Shown here: piece by piece, positions 54,411-64,000 of the stretch
Layout: every line of letters begins with the position of its first letter
Numbering within the stretch: position 1 is the stretch's first letter
Source: Octopus sinensis
Lineage: Eukaryota
Length of the DNA: 64,000 nt
Assembly (NCBI RefSeq): GCF_006345805.1
Contig: NC_043008.1
Coordinates: 27,652,001-27,716,000 of the forward strand
Direction: 5' to 3'
Made by a program: the position numbers and the translations under genes
The notes under the pieces: model-generated
Database searches by the model: none
What the model was told of the DNA's origin: nothing
The model's input: only the letters and a program-made list of their open reading frames with translations

Positions 54411-54477
54411 GTATTTGTAATTTATATTTTTAATTAATTGAACGCCACGCATCCAAGTAAGTATAAACACACACACA

Positions 54478-54563
<86 letters not shown>

Positions 54564-54719
54564 CATGGTAGAATTAATTCACAAATTAGAAATTATATCT
54601 ACCAAAGCGTTGTTCAGCAATCATTTTCACTGTTCGACGATTTGACATATAGGTATCAAAGATACCGAGGTAAACAAACACCCGTTTAGTATTAAAAATA
54701 AAGAGACAACCAAAACAAA

Positions 54720-55600
54720 TCATGGAAAAATACGAAATAATGACCTCGTTTAAAAATATTCTTATTCCATCAAGGAAAAGTATACCTCAAATATCTTATC
54801 GACAAAACAGAAAATGTTCTGAGGAGAATTAAATTGAAGGCCCAGTGTTCGATAAAGTTACGTGCAGCTCTCATGCAGAGGACACATACGATTGTAGATC
54901 TTATAAATCCTCCCACCTATTAAAGACCTAGAAAAATGTGAAGGCGATCTTATGAAGTTCGTTAGAAAGCTAAAATTCAACCAAAGATCCAACAAGTTCG
55001 AAACACATTACAGACATACATCGAACCTTTCAAAACATCAGCAGACATGTTTATTAAATCAGATATAAGGAAAAATTAACAACCGACAACATAACTAAAA
55101 CGTACAAGAAAAGAAACTCTACCATTTCTGATTTAATTAATGTTCAACTAAAAGTGTAGCCGCACAGTCTAAAATAGAAGACACAGTAGAAAAGCTTATA
55201 CCACGAAATCCTTTCATAGCTCTGATAGACCATATAAATAACTTCAAGAATAGCTTAGCTGTACATTAATAAATCTCACATAATGCAAAATAGCAATTAT
55301 TAGTAAATCCATATTAAGTAATATTATGACATATCAGAGCACAAAAATATCAGAAAAAACATACAAATTCCCTGTCAAATATAATATTGACGTTGAAAGT
55401 AAGTAGAATAAGTAACCCCTAGTTAGAATGGAAAATTATTGCTAGAGCCAAAAATTACAGAAGTCGGGATACAAAATATGAAATTTTATTCCTGAAAAAG
55501 TTAACATTATGCAATCAACATATAACATCCTAGACATTAGGCATGAAACATTCTCTCCCTCTATGCACAAGCAGTATTTTACACACAAATATTTCAAATA
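54720..55600 (+). mobile_element. Divergent PLE lineage, degraded and internally deleted
   Basis: SFKNILIPS..YLKYLIDKTENVLRRIKLKA, FIKSD and PFIALIDHK (RT N-terminus) joined to WKIIARAKNY and N.L..R.E..S..HK (endonuclease C-terminus). Confidence 0.65.
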
Positions 55601-56074
55601 AGAGCCACTACCGTCAACCAGAAACGCCACTATCCCACCAGGGTAGCCCCATTCCTAAACATGAAATCGAAACACACATAGCACACTAGTTCCATTTACA
55701 GACGAAATATGCCATAACGACGAGGTACTTCAGTACACAAGTTTAAGTACACAATGCCCAGAGCAAAAACAAAATAATGCATATAATTTGACCACACAAC
55801 AATTTGCCCAAATGACGAGTCCAAGCGAGATATTCATCGAAGATTAAAATACCTTGATTCATTGACTTATTGCTTTACTCACGTAAATTCCCAAGGGTCT
55901 CCGCGAGCTAAATGCAGCCCAACACGTTACTCCATGTGATTGGCTTGAAAACTTGTTTAGACACAAAGATATGTTCCTACTTTTCTGAACTTGAAACTAA
56001 TGGTAGATTTAATTCACAAATAAAAGAACACTCATTTTCATCGTTCAACATTTACATATACATATGTATGTGTA

Positions 56075-56122
<48 letters not shown>

Positions 56123-56143
56123 TATATATATTATATAATATAT

Positions 56144-56186
<43 letters not shown>

Positions 56187-56264
56187 TGCAGCGTGGAAGG
56201 TGTTTATAAGCCATTTAAGAAACACACAAAAGCCGTTCCGTTCACTTCAACATTTAAGTTTAAA

Positions 56265-56313
56265 TTGTCAAAATATTTTCGTCGCTAAAATCCGCGACCC
56301 GTTCACTGACAAA
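56265..56313 (-). ncRNA. Hammerhead-like motif, G3-C8 core (A9 changed to G)
   Basis: TTTGTCA-GTGAACG-G-GTCGC(GGATTTTA)GCGAC-GAAAA-TA-TTT-TGACAA. Confidence 0.5.
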
Positions 56314-57268
56314 AATCCGTGCTGCATCTGAGAAAGTAACAGTTAGTTCGTCATATATATGTACATATGTATGTGTGTATGTATGCATACATGTGTGTAT
56401 GTATGTACGTATGCATGTACGTACATACACCTGTGTATGTATGTATGTATGTATGTATATATGTATATATGTATGTATGTGTGTGTATATGCACGCACAT
56501 ACACTCTATAAACATAAAGCTATAAACCTGTAGCGATGGATGGATGTAGAGTGACCACTCATCACAAAGCTATCAAATTTCAACTTCCTCCGGCCGAAGC
56601 TAGAAAGTGATTTACGACGCTTACTCCCAAAACTATACCCTAAAATCTATTATCAGATCTTTATCTCTATATCACAGAACTATTGTTTTACTATTGTGCG
56701 TATGTATGTATGTGCGTATGTATGTATGCATGTATGTATGTATGTATGTATGTGTGTATGTATGTGTGTATGTACATACGTACGCACGTGCGTATGTATG
56801 TATACGCGCTCGTATGCATGTGCCCATGTATGTGTGTGCGTACATGTATGTGAACGTATGTCTGTGTACTGGCATGTGTCCGTCCAAGTTGTGTACATGA
56901 CTGTTACTTTGTTGAAGGTTGTATACATATTCACATCTATGTTTGTATAGACGCACACATATATATATATATATGTGGATGTGTGTTTGTTCCTCTCATC
57001 ATCGTCTAACCGTGAATGGATACAACGCCTAAGTGCAACTGTACGTATCAAACAACGTACGCTCATACCGTTGTATATATCTGCACGGATACAACGCCTA
57101 AGTGCAACTGTACGTATCAAACAACGTACGCTCATACCGTTGTATATATCTGCACATATGTGCAGATATATACAACGGTATGAGCGTACGTTGTTTGATA
57201 CGTACAGTTGCACTTAGGCGTTGTATCCATTCACGGTTAGACGATGATGAGAGGAACAAACACACATC

Positions 57269-57320
<52 letters not shown>

Positions 57321-58125
57321 TCTATACAAACATATATGTGAATATGTATACAACCTTCAACAAAGTAACAGTCATGTACACAACTTGAACGGACACATGC
57401 CAGTACACGGACATACGTTCACATACACATACACATGTACACACTCTCACAGACACGTCTGCCCATTCCCCTAGACACTCACATACATACGTAGCACATG
57501 GATAGAAACATACATACATACCTACGTATGGGCATACACACGTACATACGCACGTACATGTACGCACACACATACATGGGCACATGCATACGAGCGCGTA
57601 TACATACATACGCACATGCGTATGTATGTACATACACACATACATACACACATACACACATACATATATACATACATACATACATACATACATACATACA
57701 TACGCACATACATACATACATACGCACAATAGTAAAACAATAGTTCTGTGATATAGAGATAAAGATCTGATAATAGATTTTAGGGTATAGTTTTGGGAGT
57801 AAGCGTCGTAAATCACTTTCTAGCTTCGGCCGGAGAAAGTTGAAATTTGATAGCTTTGTGATGAGTGGTCACTCTACATCCATCCATCGCTACAGGTTTA
57901 TAGCTTTATGTTTATAGAGTGTATGTGCGTGCATATACACACACATACATATATACATACATACATACGTACATACATACATACATACATACATACATAC
58001 ATACACAGGCGTATGTACGTACATGCATACGTACATACATACACACATGTATGCATACATACACACATACATACGTACATATATATGACGAACTAACTGT
58101 TACTTTCTCAGATGCAGCACGGATT

Positions 58126-58175
58126 TTTGTCAGTGAACAGGTCGCGGATTTTAGCGACGAAAATATTTTGACAAA
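58126..58175 (+). ncRNA. Minimal type I hammerhead-like motif, G3-C8 core
   Basis: TTTGTCA-GTGAACA-G-GTCGC(GGATTTTA)GCGAC-GAAAA-TA-TTT-TGACAAA: 7 bp stem I, 5 bp stem II, palindromic AATATT stem III. Confidence 0.65.
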
Positions 58176-58315
58176 TTAAACTTAAATGTTGAAGTGAATC
58201 GAACGGCTTTTGTGTGTTTCTTAAATGGCTTATAAACACCTTCCACGCAGCAATTGTCTTCGTTTCAGCACACGATCTCAGATCAAATTACTTGCTATGC
58301 GAGTACATCTCCGTA

Positions 58316-58402
<87 letters not shown>

Positions 58403-61025
58403 ATAATATATATATATACGTATATAAACATATATAGGTATATACGTGTATATATATATATATATATCTATATATATATATATATACATAGATACATACA
58501 CCCCCCCCACACATATATATATATAAGTTGTTTATGTAATAAATCCAATGGTTCTAAACTAAGTGTTAGGTATTTCGCTATATATAATATCGTTCACTTC
58601 TTATTCGAAAGAGCTTATTTCTTCTTACCTATGCAAAATTCTAATTGGCTTATGTCTTATTATTATATTCCATATTTGAATCACGAAGAATTGCTATGAA
58701 CATACATCCAGCTCTCTCACTATTTTTTAATATCCTCATCAACAATATTGCAAACGAAATCTTCATCCACATCGCATTCATCATCTTTATAATCATCATC
58801 GTCGTTCTCGTTGTCGCCATCATCATCATCATCTTCACCAACACCGACATCATCATCAACATCGATATCATCCTCAACTTCACAAAAGTATTGTCATCGG
58901 TAGCATTATCATAATGAATATAACTCCTATTGCTCACTCATGTACACATTTGGCATGTCTGTACAAAAATCAGCTTAATGAACACATTTCGTGCCGTTTT
59001 AAAATTTTCATTATGAGCGTAAATAAAGTTTCCATTATATGAATCTCACAAAGAGAGTTTCGTGATTAAGCTGTAAGATAGATTTACGGCAGCCTTTACG
59101 TTGCTTCCATCTATAGAACCCGATTCAATATTATTGAGTGTTAGAACATGTAATAATTTATCCGCCTATAATACTTCACTAACGTAGTGAAGTAGTTGTG
59201 GTGCATTATGAGTGTTTCAAATTAGTTCTTATGGCTTTAAAATCTTAATTGTTTTAAAACAGATTAAAATAGAAACGAATTGACGTTTCTCAAACAAAAC
59301 AACGTGACGTTTCTCAAAATGAATTGACGTTTCTCAAACAAAGCACTGTTCAGAAATGTAAGTAACGCTATACAATATGAATATTTACTAATATCCAGAA
59401 GAAGCTTAAACGAGTTTATAGCAAAAATCATGCTGTATATAAATCTTTTTGTTTTCTGTAGCACTTTTCGATACTGAAGTTTTGTATAAAACAGATAAAG
59501 ATGAGGTTTCTCCCTATGACATATCATGCAAGTTTAAACGAGTTGTTTATTTTGCAGAAACACATGACGTTCGGTAGTGCAGTTGCTCGTTTCAGGTCAT
59601 TGGATTTGCTTATATGCATTGTTTTTCATGTTCCTTCATAAATATTAGATCTGCGTCAGATTTGTCATATAATATTGTGTGCTGAAATTTAAGAAGTTAC
59701 ATGTTTAACAATGCTTCAGAACTTCGAAAATATATGCCGTGCGATCATTTCCAAAATGTATACATTATTAAAGACTTTAATATTATTTAATTTTTCCATC
59801 AATTTTATTCCAACTCTATGAATGAGGAGATGAGGTGAAATGATTTAGAAGATAAGGAAATTGCTGAGTGAAAAAAATTACATAACAGAACATGTCATGA
59901 ATATGTGAGAGATTCGGATAGAAATGCTGAAATATAACAAGGTGTATACCTTTCAGAGGTACATATAATACTTATGATAAATAGAATCTGTTAGAATAAT
60001 GGGGTAGAAAGTATAAAACATTATATTTCAAATAGCATAGCAATAGTTACACATAAGGTATATTCCATGAATTATTCATGCAAAATCATCTATCAACAAT
60101 GAAATGCCTAAATATCTAAAGTTGATATTTTAATTGTAGAGGCATAAAAATTTCCAAAGCCACATTTATCGTATTTCTAATGCAATGGTCACATTTTGGT
60201 GAATGATATTTTTGGCGTATGAAGAACTTATATAATTTTATTTATGACAAAAGGTAGAGAAAATGTCCTATGATGTGATGGTGTAGTATTTACTTACCAA
60301 TAAGGTTTTATTTCCCTTTAGCTCAAAGTGAAATATGGTCGGACGATTTGTGTTCAAAGACATTCAAAAGGCTTTCATACTAAAGTTATAAGGTGCGCAC
60401 GAGTATATGATTTAATGTGGCTGTTTTATTCTTATTTAAAATAGTGCTAAGCCAATTGAAGAATGACTTTCCTAGAAGTATCTTACATGTAAACCAACTA
60501 CATCTAGTCAATAGGAAAGAAAGATGACTTTGTATTAGGTTTATAAAAGAATATAAAATAATGCAAGCTCCCCACCTCTCACACATAAAAAATACTTACG
60601 TAAGTTTGGCTGAGAAATGTAATATTGTTCTTAAAACATATACATTAAAACATATGCAATAAGAAGATAGGACGCCGAGTGCAGCTGATGTAATCATATA
60701 AATAAATGTTAAAGAATAAACTTATAAAAAACTTTTCTTTTTTCCTGGAACTGTAAAATTATAATCATGATCTCCAAACTAAGTTTGAAATACGTTTGAT
60801 CAAACACATAAAACATGTATGCATACTTTCGTACTCACACACACATGCACTCACACACACATGCACTCACATACACACAGATGTGCATACACACAAACAT
60901 ATATATATATAATATATATATATACATTATAAGTATGCACATGTGTGTATGGATGTTATATATACATACATACGCACACACGTACATACACACACACACG
61001 TACACACACACATATATATATATAG

Positions 61026-61158
<133 letters not shown>

Positions 61159-61303
61159 ATATATATAAGAAAATAGTAAAGTGTGAAAAAACGACAGAAG
61201 GCTTAAATGTTAAAAAATATATATATTTGTGTCAAAATGTCTGGAGAATATTGGAAACATTTTTTTCCTTTCCTTAAAATGACATAATTTTAAAATTTTT
61301 AAA

Positions 61304-61339
61304 GAAATTACCGGTTTCGCGTGTAGCTTTTCAAATTTC
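61304..61339 (-). ncRNA. Minimal type I hammerhead ribozyme motif, U3-A8 core
   Basis: Mirror of 63616-63651. Confidence 0.75.
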
Positions 61340-63615
61340 TTGTGACGTTATGTTTATATTGCATGGAGTTATCGTTGTATTTATTTTCAGGAGATTTCTA
61401 AATAAGGGGAGTTAGTCAGTGATTTCTTCCGGTGTAAGGGAGATAATCGCTTAAAATTGTTTTTCCTTTTCCCTTCTTCATTTCTCTGTGTCAGTATGTT
61501 CGGATGGTTTTTCCCTTTCCCTTGTTAATTTCTCTGTGTCAGTTAATTTCTCTGTTTCGGATGGTTGAGTCTGGGTTTGTACTTTTCAATGAAGAATGTT
61601 TCCTTGTTCAGTCTCATTTGTGATGATGATCCGAAAGCACATTGGTAAAATGGGAAGATTAAAAATTGTGGCAGTAGTTGCTTTGCGCATTTCTCAATGT
61701 GCTCACTAAAAGGTATCATTCTATATTCTGGGAATGCAATCTGTTGTCGATGCAGTGTGCATCTACGCCTGAGTGATAGTCCCGTGGAACCCACGTAGTC
61801 TTGGTGGCAGCCCGAGCATTTAATGACATAAATTATGTTTTCAGAGGCACAAGTAAAGTTAGATTTGATCTTGAATTTCTCTCCCTCATTAAAGAAGAAT
61901 TCTGATCCTTCCAATAGGTTAGGACATGTTGCAGAGTTCGATCTACCACATTTTATGACTTTGCATCCGTAATTTTAGAAGACAATTTTGCCTTTGTGAG
62001 AATCTTTTTAAGTGATTTAGGCTGTTTGTAGCTTTTAATGATTTGGTGTATGTTTAGAATTTCCTTTAATTTTGGGGTTTTATGAAGTATTGGTAAATTC
62101 TGGGTGATGATGGTGAAGGCTTCTTTGTTTCTGGGGTTGTATGTAGATATGTAAGGTAGTATTTTCGGGGAAGGTGTGTTGTTGTGTTGAACTTTTCTTA
62201 AATTTTCTATGTTGATTTCTGTTGCACGTCTGATCCCATCCTCTATGAGTTGAGCTGGGTAATTTCTGTCAATTAGGGTGTTTTTGAGTTCTTGCAGTCT
62301 AAAGTTCCTGGTATTTTGTTCTGACACTATTGTGCATATCCTTCTTGCAAGGTTGAAGGGGATGTTTGTTTTAATGTGTCTTGGGTGGCATGAATTAAAA
62401 AGAAGGTATTGTTTGGCGTCTGTGGCTTTGTAAAAAATGTCTGTTTCTATTTTAAGGTTAATTTCTTTAATTAGTATATCCAAGAACTAATTAAAAAAAT
62501 TAACCTAAAATAGAAACAGACATTTTTTACAAAGCCACAGACGCCAAACAATACCTTCTTTTTTAATTCATGCCACCCAAGACACACTAAAACAAACATC
62601 CCCTTCAACCTTGCAAGAAGGATATGCACAATAGTGTCAGAACAAAATACCAGGAACTTTAGACTGCAAGAACTCAAAAACACCCTAATTGACAGAAATT
62701 ACCCAGCTCAACTCATAGAGGATGGGATCAGACGTGCAACAGAAATCAACATAGAAACTTTAAGAAAAGTTCAACACAACAACACACCTTCCCCGAAAAT
62801 ACTACCTTACATATCTACATACAACCCCAGAAACAAAGAGGCCTTCACCATCATCACCCAGAATTTACCAATACTTCATAAAAACCCAAAATTAAAGGAA
62901 ATTCTAAACATACACCAAATCATTAAAAGCTACAAACAGCCTAAATCACTTAAAAAGATTCTCACAAAGGCAAAATTGTCTTCTAAAATTACGGATGCAA
63001 AAGTAATAAAATGTGGTAGATCGAACTCTGCAACATGTCCTAACCTATTGGAAGGATCAGAATTCTTCTTTAAAGAGGGATAGAAATTCAAGATCAAATC
63101 TAACTTTACTTGTGCCTCTGAAAACATAATTTATGTCATTAAATGCTCGGGCTGCCACCAAGACTACGTGGGTTCCACGGGACTATCACTCAGGCGTAGA
63201 TGCACACTGCATCGACAACAGATTGCATTCCCAGAATATAGAATGATACCTTTTAGTGAGCACATTGAGAAATGCGCAAAGCAACTACTGCCACAATTTT
63301 TAATCTTCCCATTTTACCAATGTGCTTTCGGATCATCATCACAAATGAGACTGAACAAGGAAACATTCTTCATTGAAAAGTACAAACCCAGACTCAACCA
63401 TCCGAACATACTGACACAGAGAAATTAACAAGGGAAAGGGAAAAACCATCCGAACATACTGACACAGAGAAATGAACAAAGGAAAAGGAAAAAAAAAATT
63501 TTAAGCGATTATCTCCCTTACACCGGAAGAAATCACTCACTACCTCCCCTTATTTAGAAATCTCCTGAAAATAAATACAACGATAACTCCATGCAATATA
63601 AACATAACGTCACAA

Positions 63616-63651
63616 GAAATTTGAAAAGCTACACGCGAAACCGGTAATTTC
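63616..63651 (+). ncRNA. Minimal type I hammerhead ribozyme motif, U3-A8 core
   Basis: GAAAT-TTGAAAA-GC(TACAC)GC-GAAAC-CG-GTA-ATTTC: 5 bp stem I, 2 bp stem II, palindromic ACCGGT. Confidence 0.75.
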
Positions 63652-63827
63652 TTTAAAAATTTTAAAATTATGTCATTTTAAGGAAAGGAAAAAAATGTTT
63701 CCAATATTCTCCAGACATTTTGACACAAATATATATATTTTTTAACATTTAAGCCTTCTGTCGTTTTTTCACACTTTACTATTTTCTTATATATTCACCC
63801 ACGTGCTTTACCAAACAAATTTTCTTA

Positions 63828-63862
<35 letters not shown>

Positions 63863-64000
63863 GTGCATGTGTATCAACAAACATTCATAGACATTACTGT
63901 TATATCCAGGCAGGTGTATGTGTGAGTAAAAATCTGTAATATAAGTTTTGAAATTAAGCACAAAAATGTATCATACATACGTAATTGGAAAGGAAGTAAA

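Larger units (their letters stand above)
56182..58257. repeat. ~2.1 kb palindrome with PLE pLTR-type ends
   Basis: ACAATTGCAGCGTGGAAGG (56182) mirrored by CCTTCCACGCAGCAATTGT (58257); spacer-less centre TGCACATATGTGCA at 57151-57164. Confidence 0.92.
61167..63788. mobile_element. Head-to-head palindrome of a 5'-truncated Penelope-like element (two ~1.3 kb arms)
   Basis: Left arm (minus) ORFs 61953-62483 and 61543-61914; right arm (plus) ORFs 62634-63083 and 63168-63428. RT thumb SCHPRH..NIPFNLARR and GIY-YIG IYVIKCSGC..DYVGST..SLRRR..LH. Turn at ~62476-62485. Confidence 0.95.

Overview
AT-rich, intergenic or intronic eukaryotic DNA saturated with microsatellites ((TA)n, (CA)n, (GA)n, (TAT)n, (GAA)n) and transposable element debris. 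The repeat style suggests an octopus or other coleoid cephalopod genome; this is inference and no search was run. No host protein-coding exon could be supported, and most ORFs in the track are microsatellite read-throughs. Recognisable elements: three tandem R4/Dong-type non-LTR fragments (1-7 kb) plus one more at 22.5 kb; a Tx1/L1 LINE; an RTE-type LINE; Tc1 and mariner remnants; two Helitron-like short elements; two tRNA-derived SINE families; and at least six Penelope-like element (PLE) insertions, including one near full-length copy at 50249-54264. The strongest signal is in the PLE pseudo-LTRs (pLTRs), which carry minimal type I hammerhead ribozyme motifs. Across different families the catalytic-core 3:8 pair appears as C3-G8, U3-A8 and G3-C8, i.e. 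natural covariation within one window. One PLE family also has a tRNA-like Pol III head directly upstream of its hammerhead-bearing tail. The window holds several large fold-back palindromes (0.3-2.6 kb), mostly built from PLE ends inserted in (TA)n. Coordinates of degraded elements are approximate; ribozyme folds were done by eye and activity is untested.
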